Source of the DNA: a bacterium
Lineage (GTDB): Bacteria; UBA8248
Assembly (NCBI GenBank): GCA_965219955.1
Contig: OZ244799.1
Coordinates: 4,096,001 to 4,160,000, forward strand
Reading direction: 5' to 3'
DNA length: 64,000 nt
Shown: one piece after another, positions 10,507 through 19,668 of the stretch
How the letters are laid out: each line of letters starts with the position of its first letter
Numbering within the stretch: the first letter of the stretch is position 1
Position numbers and translations under genes: made by a program
Notes under the pieces: generated by a model
What the model saw: the letters and a program-made list of their open reading frames with translations, nothing else
Told to the model about the DNA's origin: nothing
Database searches by the model: none

Positions 10507-10602
10507 ATGGCGAAAGAACAGAACCCGCCCCCGAGCAGAAGCGGAAAAGGCCCTGTCAGCAAGCCTCCTCCGCCTCCTCCGCCTCCGCCGAAAAAGAGGT
10601 AG
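10507..10602 (+). CDS. Putative 31-aa proline-rich small protein (not in ORF track)
   Basis: GAGGAG RBS at 10495-10500, then MAKEQNPPPSRSGKGPVSKPPPPPPPPPKKR-TAG. Confidence 0.45.
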   Translation: MAKEQNPPPSRSGKGPVSKPPPPPPPPPKKR

Positions 10603-10815
10603 GCGAGGATTGTGCGTTTGGTTTCCGAGCGAGCCATGCGGGCAAAGTAGAGAGCGTTTTTCTTGGTGCCGCGAGATCAGTTTGCTTCAAAGGTGCGTCA
10701 AGAATATAAAACATCTATGGTTTTCTGAAAAAGACAGCCTCTAACTTCTACAAGACCTGAAAAGATATCATCAGAGCATCGAGCGCCGCCGGAAGTCAGT
10801 GCTTAATCGGGATGA

Positions 10816-12177
10816 ATGAACATGGAGAATCTTCAGGAACGCGCAGAGCGTTTGGCGGAACAATGTGCTGAACAGGCGCGCAAACCGTTGGTCATAGAGT
10901 TCGCGGGAGTTCCCAAAGCGGGTAAGACTACCACGCTGAGAAATGTGCAGACGTTTCTCAAACGGTGCGGATTTCATACCGATGTCGTCGTCGAGCGCGC
11001 TTCGGTTTGCCCGATTCGTGACAAGAAGCACGCGAATTTCAATATCTGGACCGCATGCACGACGCTCGCTCAGATTCTGGAAAAGACGCAAAATCCGCCG
11101 CGGCCTGGTGATCCTCATATCCTTTTTCTCGATAGAGGGCTTTTCGACTCCATCTGTTGGTTGACCATGATGGAGCGGCTCTCTCGTTTGCGTAAAGAAG
11201 AAAAAGAAATAATCCAAAAATTTCTGACAGTCGATGACTGGAAGAAGCGCATCTCGGCCGTGTTTGTGATGCTGGTTTCTCCGAAGGATGCGATGACGCG
11301 CGAGCAAGGAATCAGGCCTGCGAATGCGAAAGAAGGCTCCATTATGAATCTCGATATCCTTGGAAAAATCAGGGAAGTGAACAAAGATTGCGCCAAGGAA
11401 CTCGAAGGGGATTTCCGGATTCATACCATCGATACGTCCAGCGGCGCCGCCGGTTTGGATCAGGAATCTACGGCGGAGACTGTCACCGATGTCATTCTAG
11501 GTCTGGTGGAAGAACAACTCGCGGAAAACATACTTTCATGCTCCAGGAAAACAGTAAAGGCATTGTTTGGAGACAAGAATTTCGTTGATGCTTCCAAAGC
11601 GGATGAGCTGGCGCGGCATTTCGAAGGCTCCGAGCATAGTTATTTCAGGACCAGGGATGAGGTGGAACAGGACGCTTCCCGCGTCCAGGCGCTTCCCGTG
11701 GTGGTCGTTCGGAATGCGGATGGGGACGTGCTTCGTCTGCGCCGGCGTGAAAAAAGAGGCGACAACCCCCTTCATGAGAAGATAGTAATCTGGGCCGGGG
11801 GACATGTCCGATGCGAGGATGCCGCCGACGGCGCTCCGCTCGTCAATTGCGCCATTCGGGAACTCGGAGAGGAATTGCGGCTCCAACTCGAGCCCTCATC
11901 GATGAAATTGATTGGAGCGGTGTATTTCGACGATGGCGAGAGAGCTTCGAAACACGTGGCAATCGTGTATGAATGGCGCGCGCCGAAAAACGACGTCTCG
12001 GTGGTGCTCAGCAGAACCGAATTCTTCGAGAGGCGCGGAACGTCTCTCAGCGGGAGTTTCGCGCCCGTCGATAAACTCGTGGCAGATATAAAGAAGAAGA
12101 ATCTTGTAGAACCCTGGTCGGTGGAATTGGTTCGTGAATACCTGGCGAAAGATGAATTTGAGCCGCGTCTGTTCTGA
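10816..12177 (+). CDS. Thymidylate-kinase-like P-loop domain fused to a NUDIX hydrolase
   Basis: IEFAGVPKAGKTT Walker A and LDRGLFD motif; C-terminal GGHV...RELGEEL NUDIX box; more AT-rich than the flanks. Confidence 0.8.
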   Translation: MNMENLQERAERLAEQCAEQARKPLVIEFAGVPKAGKTTTLRNVQTFLKRCGFHTDVVVERASVCPIRDKKHANFNIWTACTTLAQILEKTQNPPRPGDPHILFLDRGLFDSICWLTMMERLSRLRKEEKEIIQKFLTVDDWKKRISAVFVMLVSPKDAMTREQGIRPANAKEGSIMNLDILGKIREVNKDCAKELEGDFRIHTIDTSSGAAGLDQESTAETVTDVILGLVEEQLAENILSCSRKTVKALFGDKNFVDASKADELARHFEGSEHSYFRTRDEVEQDASRVQALPVVVVRNADGDVLRLRRREKRGDNPLHEKIVIWAGGHVRCEDAADGAPLVNCAIRELGEELRLQLEPSSMKLIGAVYFDDGERASKHVAIVYEWRAPKNDVSVVLSRTEFFERRGTSLSGSFAPVDKLVADIKKKNLVEPWSVELVREYLAKDEFEPRLF

Positions 12178-12253
12178 ACCGTTCATTTCTGATTCACGAA
12201 AACGGAGTTCGTGAATCAAGATCACGACGATTTTTCTGTTGTTATTCTCCCCC

Positions 12254-12958
12254 CTACCTCTTCCACTTCACGAAATCCAGCCACCAGGTCTCCCGCACCG
12301 CGTTCCCCAGATTCGGCCGCATGGCGGCGCTTCGGGGCGTGCCGTAGGCGGCTTCCTCCCAGGCGTCCGTGGTCGGGATGGCCGGGTCTTCCATGTCGTA
12401 GAGCGCGATGATGCGGCGCGCGCCCGTCCTGGTCTCCTGAATTTCCGCCTCCGCCGTCGCCCCGCCGGTGGCCTCGGATTCGAGCTGATACACGCGCCCG
12501 CGCGTCATGCCTTGGACCTCATACAAACGCTCCAGGTGTTCCTCGCGGTACCAGGAGAGCATCTCCTCTTTCATCTCCTCGCTCTCGGGATTGGGACTCA
12601 CCATGTAGAGCCAGGGCGCATCGTAGCGGTGCGGCTCGCCGATAGTGGCTTGTAAGCTGTAGACGGCGCGCTCGGCATTGTTGATGAAGGCCATGCACTT
12701 CTTGGTCCACGGCGAGGGGTTGTCTCTGGATTCTTTGTAGTAATCGCTCGTAAACGCCGCGAGTGTATCCCCCTCGAAGGTGCAGAGGATGTTGTGGTTC
12801 GCGTTCTTGTCCACCGCGTTGTAGCGGTAGCCGACGCGGAAGCCGGGGCCGTCCATCCGGTCGGTCGAGTGCTCGCAGTTGTGCCACTTCCTGAATTCTT
12901 CGGTGTTCTCGGAAGCGACGTTCAGCCAGATGGCGACGAGCGCCTGGGTTGGGTTCAT
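12254..12958 (-). CDS. EthD/DUF4286-like dimeric alpha-beta barrel protein (two domains)
   Basis: Repeated W-H/Y-xx-EH...G pattern (KWHNCEHSTDRMDGPGF; SWYREEHLERLYEVQG). Confidence 0.6.
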   Translation of the reverse strand: MNPTQALVAIWLNVASENTEEFRKWHNCEHSTDRMDGPGFRVGYRYNAVDKNANHNILCTFEGDTLAAFTSDYYKESRDNPSPWTKKCMAFINNAERAVYSLQATIGEPHRYDAPWLYMVSPNPESEEMKEEMLSWYREEHLERLYEVQGMTRGRVYQLESEATGGATAEAEIQETRTGARRIIALYDMEDPAIPTTDAWEEAAYGTPRSAAMRPNLGNAVRETWWLDFVKWKR

Positions 12959-12971
12959 CCCGAAAGTCTCC

Positions 12972-14405
12972 TTATTCGATGCCCGCGAGGCGTTTTGCAT
13001 AATCGATGGCGGGGGCGACCTCGTGTTCGCGCCAGATGGTCATCTTCTCGGCCTCGATGCTGCCCTCGGCGTGAATCGCGAGCACGGCCTGGTAGCCCGC
13101 GAAGTCGGACGCGGTGATCTCCGCGATCAGGTTCATGAGCCTGAGGCGCTCTTCGGTCGACGCGGCGGGCGAGGCGCCCAGGTATTTGTCGATGAGTTCG
13201 GCGAGCTTCGGGTCGTCCATGTCCTCCGCACTCGGCCCCGTGACGAGCAGCCCCCCGGCGATGTCCTGCACCCACGCGAGCGCCTGGTGGTAGCCGGTGG
13301 CGAAGTGGAGCTTCGCGATGTTGATGATCTCCGCATTCGGCACGGCGACGCCGTCCATGACCTTGCACTCCCTCGCGGCTTCTCGCGTCATGCCCCGGCA
13401 GATCTGCGCGTAGGAGATGAGCTTGGCGAGCTTGTCGCGCACGTGGCCCGCGCGCAGGATGCCGTTGTACTCCGCCATGAGGTGCGACGCGCCCACGAAC
13501 AGGTCCACGAGCGGCAGCTTGTAGCTCACGGCGGTGAAGCGGTGGAACTCGACGAACGTCTTGGCCAGCGGCCCGGCCATCTCCACCTCGCCGTTTAAGA
13601 ACACGCGCTCCCAGGGGACTTTCACGTCGTCGAAGACGGTGAGCGTTTCCATCATCTTGTGTTTGCTCGAAATCGGGTTTTCGAAATCCGTTCCCTTCCG
13701 GCCGCCGTAGCCGCTCGCCAGCATGGTGAGGCCCGGCGCGTTGGCGGGCACGGCGCAGGCCACCGCATACGCCTCGTCTCCCGCGCGCATGTTCCGCGTG
13801 GGCAGCACGATGATCTCGTGCGCGTTCGTGGAAACCGAGGTGTGCACCTTGGCCCCGCGCAGGGTGATCCCCTCCTCATCCTCGGCCGCCACGCGGACGT
13901 AGTAATCGGGGTGCGCCTGATCGCCGGGGCCTTTTCCCCTGTCTCCTTTCACGTCGGTCTGGGCGACGGCGACGGCGAGGTCGTTGTCGCGGCAGTGCTC
14001 GTGGAATTTCCGGACGCGCTCCAGGTAGCTCGTGCCCATATTCTTGTCCATGTAGGAGGCGAGCAGGCGGAGTGCGAACAGCGCGTCGGTCCCGATCTCC
14101 TTGATGAGGACGACGAGGGTGCCGCCAAGGGCCGTGGCGCGCTCGATCAAGGCGCTTCTTTTCAGGAGATCGTCCGCGTTCTCGGGGATGTGGTAGTAGC
14201 GCGAATAGGGGCCGCCTGCGCCGTCGACGAGAGCGAGTTCTTTATCCTTCTCGTCTTCGGCCATCTCGTAGTCGATGGCGGCGTGATCGACCGCGATGCC
14301 GATGACGGGGTGGGCGGCCACGTCCTCCACCCGCTCGCCCCGGTAGTAGACGACGCGGCCGTCATTCAGGCTTTGTTTGTATTCACTCGGACTCATGAGC
14401 GGCAT
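12972..14405 (-). CDS. HpaB / 4-hydroxybutyryl-CoA dehydratase family flavoprotein
   Basis: YKQSLNDGRVVYYRGERV, AQTDVKGDR, GAKVHTS, VFDDVKVPWERVFL, HAEGS motifs. Confidence 0.88.
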   Translation of the reverse strand: MPLMSPSEYKQSLNDGRVVYYRGERVEDVAAHPVIGIAVDHAAIDYEMAEDEKDKELALVDGAGGPYSRYYHIPENADDLLKRSALIERATALGGTLVVLIKEIGTDALFALRLLASYMDKNMGTSYLERVRKFHEHCRDNDLAVAVAQTDVKGDRGKGPGDQAHPDYYVRVAAEDEEGITLRGAKVHTSVSTNAHEIIVLPTRNMRAGDEAYAVACAVPANAPGLTMLASGYGGRKGTDFENPISSKHKMMETLTVFDDVKVPWERVFLNGEVEMAGPLAKTFVEFHRFTAVSYKLPLVDLFVGASHLMAEYNGILRAGHVRDKLAKLISYAQICRGMTREAARECKVMDGVAVPNAEIINIAKLHFATGYHQALAWVQDIAGGLLVTGPSAEDMDDPKLAELIDKYLGASPAASTEERLRLMNLIAEITASDFAGYQAVLAIHAEGSIEAEKMTIWREHEVAPAIDYAKRLAGIE

Positions 14406-14564
14406 GGCGCTTTCCTCCAGGCTCAAAGCCGCGCCCTCGGGTGCGGCGAAATGTGATTTTAGAGAGGGTATCTTCTTTCGCGATTCGGTGAAACGCCGCC
14501 CCGCCGGAATCAGGCGAAAAGAGGGCCGCTCTCGCTTTTATGGCGTGGACGGCTCGGGAGGGGA

Positions 14565-15090
14565 GTGTTGAAAAAGTCCTGATGAAGGAGGGTTTGACGC
14601 AACCGAGGAGGGGTGGTTTTGTAGGTAGCGCTCCCTTCTTGGGAGCGCTACAGACATGCGGCCCTTGTAGTGGGCAAAAAAATCAGGGTCGCATATATGC
14701 GACCCCTACACACAAACAAATTTTCCTCTCGGGGTTTATCAACAAGCCCCTTTGAGGGTGATTGCTGACCGGTGGGAGAAGAATTTCACTCCCCCCTTGA
14801 GAGGGCTGTTGAAAAACCTTCGTGATGGTTTTGTAGGGACAACCCTCCGTGGTTGTCCTTCTGTTAGGACAGGCACGGAGGCCTGTCCCTACGGGACAGT
14901 GGGGTTTTGTTCGTCATTCCGGCGAAAGCCGGAATCCATTTGCTTTGTCTTTGTTTTTTCTTTTCTGATCGATTCGCGCCGATGACGAGGAGATGAAAAG
15001 CCGGCGTATTGTCATTCTGCTTGAAAATGGATTCCGGCTTTCGCCGGAATGACGGCAAACCCGGCATTGCAGGCTTTTTCAACAGCCCCG
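14565..15090. repeat. Intergenic repeat mosaic (GTTGAAAAA/TTTTCAACA ends, GTAG-REP doublets, family A pair)
   Basis: REP doublet 14833-14892; A pair 14913-15053; segment ~14673-14730 nearly identical to ~24645-24700. Confidence 0.85.
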
Positions 15091-15103
15091 GTCGGTTCCG
15101 CCT

Positions 15104-15355
15104 TTAAGCGAGTTCGCTCAGCTTTCCTTCCTTGTCGTAGGCCTGAAGCTGCGGGAAGCCGCCGATGACCTCGTCGTCGATGACGATCTGGGGCACCGAC
15201 TTGCCGCCGGTGCGCGCCATCATGGCGTCCCATTCGGGCGTGCCGCCGAAGACGAGGTGCTCGGTCCATTCGAGACCGCGCTTTTTCAATAAATTCTTCG
15301 CGGCCAGGCAGAAGGTGCAGGGCTCGGTGGTGTAGACTTCGATGCTTGCCGCCAT
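15104..15355 (-). CDS. grxC: Glutaredoxin 3-like
   Basis: CTFC active site, SVPQI, IGGF motifs. Confidence 0.85.
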   Translation of the reverse strand: MAASIEVYTTEPCTFCLAAKNLLKKRGLEWTEHLVFGGTPEWDAMMARTGGKSVPQIVIDDEVIGGFPQLQAYDKEGKLSELA

Positions 15356-15436
15356 TTTTCTCTCCATGAAGACGGTATGGATGGGTGTAGCCGACTCGTC
15401 CATAAAATAGCAAAACGGGGATGAATCGTCATCCGG

Positions 15437-15985
15437 CGGGGTTGTTGAAAAAGCCCTGGTCGGCGACCTCGGACAGGCACAGGGGCCTGTCCCTACAAAA
15501 CCGAACACAACAATACGAACCCGTAGGGGCGGCCCCCCGTGGCCGCCCTGCCCTAATGGCCGCATGTGGTCCGTTATTGGCCGTCATTCCGGCGAAAGCC
15601 GGAATCCATTTTTATGCCTTTTGCCTTTCGTCAGGGTTTCTGCGCATCGGTGGGGAATGAAACGCCGTCGTTGATTCACTCTCATCCGCAAATGGATTCC
15701 GGGCAATCCCTCCCTCCTTGGTCGGCATTGATTGCCGGAATGACGAACAAAGCCACACCGCCTCATCCTGAGTAGGCGCGTAAGCGCCGTATCGAAGGAT
15801 GCCCTGTTGCCACGGCGCGAGCCCTTCGCCCTTCGATACGCCGCCTTCGGCGGCTACTCAGGGTGAGGTTGATATGGCGGTATGTAAGTCGATGGGAACG
15901 CCCCGCTCTTGGAACCGGGTTTTTCAACAACTCCCTCAGGGGGGGAATGAATCCTCCCTGCTGAATTGGAATAACCCTCAAGGGG
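15437..15985. repeat. Intergenic repeat mosaic
   Basis: GGGGTTGTTGAAAAAG start, REPs 15471-15550, A pair 15583-15744, B pair 15762-15867, TTTTCAACAACTCC end. Confidence 0.85.
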
Positions 15986-16070
15986 GCGGGAGTGTCCGCC
16001 ACATTCCAAAACAGGGCGTTCGCGGCGTCTTGCGCAACGGAAAACCGGCGTCTTCCGCCTCGGGAAATCG

Positions 16071-16153
16071 TTGACACGAAAGAGAAAAGAATATATATCT
16101 TTTCGCCCTGTTGTTTAGGAAACATATTTTTGCAGTCATTCTTTGCTAAACAA
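16071..16153 (+). promoter_or_regulatory. Putative promoter and operator of the polyamine operon regulator
   Basis: TTGACA at 16071, AT-rich -10 region ~16092-16101; palindrome TGTTTAGGAAACA 16112-16124; TTGTTTAG/CTAAACAA inverted pair. Confidence 0.45.
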
Positions 16154-16255
16154 CCGGATCGACCGCCCGGCTCCTCTAGACAACAGATGGAATCGCGCGG
16201 CCGGACCCCCCGAACGGGAGCGTTTTCCCGTTCCGAAGCGGAGCGAACCGGACAG

Positions 16256-16861
16256 ATGGGTGATGAGGTGGAACACGGGGAAAAATCGAACAGGACCGGC
16301 ATGAGCCGCTCCGTCGAGAGCCTGCTGCGCGTGGGCGCGCGCATCCGGGGCCTGCGCCGCTCCCACGGCCTGACGCAGGAGGAACTCGCCCATCGCTCGA
16401 ACCTGACCAAGGGGTTCATCTCCCAGTTGGAGCGCGACCTGACCTCCCCCTCGCTCGAGAGCCTGCTGGAGATTCTCGAAGCGCTCGACACCGACATCGT
16501 CCGCTTCTTTCAGGGCCACGAGGAGGGGCGAATCGCGTTCGGTCCGATGGATTCGCGCCACGCGGCGACCTACGGGGAAGTGAGTGCCTTCGAGCTCATG
16601 GTGCCCGGAACGGCGAACCGCAACATGGAGCCCGCCCTCGTGACGATGGAGGCGGGCGAGTCGATTTACGAGGACGCCCACGCGGGCGAGGAGTTCGGCT
16701 ACGTCCTGGAGGGCAAGGTTCAGATCACCTACGGGGAGAGGCGCGCCAAGGCGAAAAGGGGCGAGTGGTTTTATTTCGCCTCGGAAAGAAACCACCGGGT
16801 GGCGAACCCCTACAAGAAGCGCGCGAGGCTCCTTTGGGTCTCCACGCCGCCGAGTTTCTGA
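16256..16861 (+). CDS. XRE-cupin transcriptional regulator (PuuR-like)
   Basis: GLTQEELAHRSNLTKGFISQLERDLTSPS HTH plus HAGEEFGYVLEG cupin; start uncertain (16256 or 16301). Confidence 0.88.
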   Translation: MGDEVEHGEKSNRTGMSRSVESLLRVGARIRGLRRSHGLTQEELAHRSNLTKGFISQLERDLTSPSLESLLEILEALDTDIVRFFQGHEEGRIAFGPMDSRHAATYGEVSAFELMVPGTANRNMEPALVTMEAGESIYEDAHAGEEFGYVLEGKVQITYGERRAKAKRGEWFYFASERNHRVANPYKKRARLLWVSTPPSF

Positions 16862-16913
16862 TTTCAGGAGGTCTGAGGTTGGTTCGTCGATTCGTCTTTG
16901 GAGGAAGCCTGAG

Positions 16914-17351
16914 TTGAATTCCCTGGGCCGCCACCTGCTGGCGGAATTCTATGACTGCGAAACCGGGGCCCTGAACGATCCCGCGCAGATCGAGCGGTTG
17001 ATGAACGAGGCCGCGCGCCTGAGCGGGGCCACCGTCGTCCAGAGCGTGTTCCACACCTTCAGCCCCCACGGGGTGAGCGGGGTGGTCGTGGTGGAGGAAA
17101 GCCACCTGGCCGTGCATACCTGGCCCGAGCACAACTACGCGGCGGTGGACTATTTCTCCTGCGGGGAAGTCGATTGCGACGCGGCGGTGCGCTATCTCGC
17201 GGAACACCTCGCGCCCGGGCGCGTGGAGACGAGAGAGGTCCCGCGCGGCGTCATCGAAGAACGCGAGGCGTCGCTCGACGCGCCGTTCGCATCGAACGGA
17301 GAGGGAGAGGCCTCCCGCGCCTTCAAGAACGGAGAGGGGCGCGAACGATGA
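16914..17351 (+). CDS. speD: S-adenosylmethionine decarboxylase proenzyme (class 1B)
   Basis: [29 protein letters not shown] pyruvoyl cleavage motif. Confidence 0.92.
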   Translation: MNSLGRHLLAEFYDCETGALNDPAQIERLMNEAARLSGATVVQSVFHTFSPHGVSGVVVVEESHLAVHTWPEHNYAAVDYFSCGEVDCDAAVRYLAEHLAPGRVETREVPRGVIEEREASLDAPFASNGEGEASRAFKNGEGRER

Positions 17352-17815
17352 TCGTCGCGACGCCGACCAGGTATTTCCTGGCGCACGGGAGTGCCGAGGG
17401 CGTGACGGAGCTCAACGCCTTCGACGCGGCGCTTCTGCGCGCGGGCGTGGGCGACACGAACCTCGTGCGCGTGAGCAGCATCCTGCCGCCCGGATGCGAG
17501 GGGGTGGAGCCTCCCCCGCTGCCGCCGGGCGCGCTCGTGCCGGCGGCCTACGCGTCCGTGACTTCCTCGGTACCCGGCGAGGTGATCACCGCGGCGGTGG
17601 CGGTCGCCTTGCCCGAAGACGAGGCCCGCCCCGGCCTCATCATGGAGCATCACGGCCACGCCCCGCGCGCGCGTGTGGAAGAGGAGGCCCGGCGCATGGC
17701 GGAGGCGGGCATGGCGTATCGCGGAACGATGGTCCGGGAGATCCGGAGCGTCGCCGCCGAGCACGTCGTGATGAATACCGGCGCCGCCTTCGCGGGAGTC
17801 ATCCTTTGGAACTGA
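17348..17815 (+). CDS. pdaD: Pyruvoyl-dependent arginine decarboxylase
   Basis: [27 protein letters not shown] motif; ATGA overlap with speD. Confidence 0.9.
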   Translation: MIVATPTRYFLAHGSAEGVTELNAFDAALLRAGVGDTNLVRVSSILPPGCEGVEPPPLPPGALVPAAYASVTSSVPGEVITAAVAVALPEDEARPGLIMEHHGHAPRARVEEEARRMAEAGMAYRGTMVREIRSVAAEHVVMNTGAAFAGVILWN

Positions 17816-17829
17816 CGCGCGCCCCCTTC

Positions 17830-18687
17830 ATGCCCGAAAGCCCTCCGCCCAAGCCGGCGACCTGGTTCACCGAGTACCACGGACCCGGCACCGGCCTCAC
17901 GATGAAGGTGCTGCGGACGCTCTATTCGGAGAGGAGCGCGTTTCAGGAGATCACCCTCGTGGAGACCGAGGATTTCGGGCGCGTCCTCCTGCTCGACGGG
18001 ATCATCCAGACCACCGAGCGCGACGAGTTCGTCTACCACGAGATGCTGGTCCACGTGCCCCTGTGTATGCATACCGATCCAAAGAACGTCCTCATCGTCG
18101 GCGGAGGCGACGGCGGCTGCGTACGCGAGGCGCTGCGCCACGAGACGGTGGAGAAAGTGACGCTCGTCGAGATCGACGGGATGGTGGTGGAGTGCTGCCG
18201 CGAGTTCCTGCCGTCCATCGCGGGAGGCCTGAACGACCCCCGCGTGGAGGTGCGGATAGAGGACGGGGTGAAGTTCATTGAGGGCAAAGAAGCAGCCTTC
18301 GACGTCATCCTGGTCGATTCCACGGATCCCGTCGCCATGGCGAATCCGCTCACGCAGGTCTCCTTTTTCCGCGCGGCCAAGCGCGCCCTCAGGCCCGGCG
18401 GCCTCTACGCCGCGCAGACGCAAGGCCCCGTGTTCGAGGGTCACAGGATGCGGCGCATCACGAGGCGCATCCGGCGGGTGTTCCCGGGCGCGGCGACGTA
18501 TCTCGCGAACGTGCCGACCTATCCGGGGGGGATATGGTCTTTCGCGCTCGCGCCCGAATCGAGGAGAACGGACGTCCGCGCGAAGCCGAGGCCGATGCCG
18601 CAGGCTGAGAAGACCCATTACTACTCCCCGGAAGTCCATGAGGCCGCCTTCACGCATCCCCCCTACGTGGCGGAGATTCTCGGCTGA
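17830..18687 (+). CDS. speE: Polyamine aminopropyltransferase (spermidine synthase)
   Basis: LLDGIIQTTERDEFVYHE, GGGDGG, DSTDP motifs. Confidence 0.93.
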   Translation: MPESPPPKPATWFTEYHGPGTGLTMKVLRTLYSERSAFQEITLVETEDFGRVLLLDGIIQTTERDEFVYHEMLVHVPLCMHTDPKNVLIVGGGDGGCVREALRHETVEKVTLVEIDGMVVECCREFLPSIAGGLNDPRVEVRIEDGVKFIEGKEAAFDVILVDSTDPVAMANPLTQVSFFRAAKRALRPGGLYAAQTQGPVFEGHRMRRITRRIRRVFPGAATYLANVPTYPGGIWSFALAPESRRTDVRAKPRPMPQAEKTHYYSPEVHEAAFTHPPYVAEILG

Positions 18688-19544
18688 TGGGCGGGGAGGC
18701 CCGCCCGCGTTTTCTCTGCGCCGAAACCCCTTTCGAATCAGCGCGCGTCGTTCTCCTGGGGTGCCCCTTCGATGAGACGGCGAGCTTCCGCCGGGGCGCG
18801 CGTTTTGGGCCTGACGCCATCCGCGAAGCGTCCGATTGCCTCGAAACCTACAGCCCGCATCTGGATAAGGATTTGAGCGACGCCGCCCTGTGCGATATGG
18901 GCGACGTTGATTTTGTGTCCGACGATACGGAATCCGTTCTCGATTCCATCCGCTCCGAAGCTTTAGGGGTATTCCGGGCGGGCAAGCGCCCCATATTCCT
19001 GGGCGGTGAGCATCTGGTGAGCCTGCCCGCCGTGGAGGCGGCGCTGGGCGTCTTCCCCGGTCTTGCCGTATTCCAGTGGGACGCCCACGCGGACTTGCGC
19101 GACGACTACCTCGGCGGGCGCCTCTCGCACGCCTGCGTGATGCGGCGCATCCTGGAGCTTGAGGGCGTCGGGCCGCTCCATCAGTTCGGCGTCCGCTCGG
19201 GTACGCGCGAGGAGTTCGAATGGATGCGCGCGAACGACACCATGCGGCTCTTGAGTCCTGAGGCCGTATCGGCGGCGCTTCAGGAGACGGGCGATAGCGC
19301 CGTATACCTCACCCTCGACGTGGACGTCGTGAACCCCGGCGAGATGCCCGGAACCGGCAGCCCCGAACCCGGCGGCCCGGGGCTTGATGCGCTCATCGAT
19401 TGCATCCGTGTTCTCGACGCCTCGGGCGCGCGCATCATCGGCGCCGACGTGGTGGAACTCGCGCCGGAATGGGATCCCTCGGGTGCCAGCGCCGTCGCCG
19501 CCGCGAAGATAGTCCGAGAATTGACGCTCGTGCTGGGAGCGTGA
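18687..19544 (+). CDS. speB: Agmatinase / ureohydrolase
   Basis: GGEH, DAHADLRD, SHAC, LDVDV, GTGSPEPGG motifs. Confidence 0.92.
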   Translation: MGGEARPRFLCAETPFESARVVLLGCPFDETASFRRGARFGPDAIREASDCLETYSPHLDKDLSDAALCDMGDVDFVSDDTESVLDSIRSEALGVFRAGKRPIFLGGEHLVSLPAVEAALGVFPGLAVFQWDAHADLRDDYLGGRLSHACVMRRILELEGVGPLHQFGVRSGTREEFEWMRANDTMRLLSPEAVSAALQETGDSAVYLTLDVDVVNPGEMPGTGSPEPGGPGLDALIDCIRVLDASGARIIGADVVELAPEWDPSGASAVAAAKIVRELTLVLGA

Positions 19545-19562
19545 GGGGGCAAATTTTTCCTG

Positions 19563-19591
19563 TTGACGAAGACTCGTAACAGTGGCATAGT
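19563..19591 (+). promoter_or_regulatory. Putative sigma70 promoter upstream of the NYN cassette
   Basis: TTGACG 19563-19568, 17 bp, CATAGT 19586-19591 with an extended TG. Confidence 0.5.
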
Positions 19592-19597
19592 TTTTTC

Positions 19598-19658
19598 ACT
19601 ACTCCCCCAGGGGTTTCGACCGCTGGGTGCGGGGCCTCGGACGAGGCCCTGCTTTTTT
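19598..19658 (+). ncRNA. Candidate ~60-nt structured RNA/leader ending in an intrinsic terminator
   Basis: Hairpin CCCAG-G-GGU-UUCG-ACC-G-CUGGG (19606-19627) followed by a terminator hairpin. Confidence 0.5.
19629..19658 (+). terminator. Rho-independent terminator 10 nt before the NYN start codon
   Basis: GCGGGGCCTC-GGAC-GAGGCCCTGC followed by TTTTTT. Confidence 0.8.
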
Positions 19659-19668
19659 CAGGTAAGAT

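Noticed and set aside
15104-15355. Glutaredoxin as a further selenoprotein
   Set aside because: Active site is CTFC with ordinary Cys codons and no in-frame UGA
14752-15775. Short ORFs containing VIPAKAGIH / SFRRKPES / WIPAFAGMT
   Set aside because: These are translations of family A repeats; the same applies near 22215, 25921, 42181 and 58443
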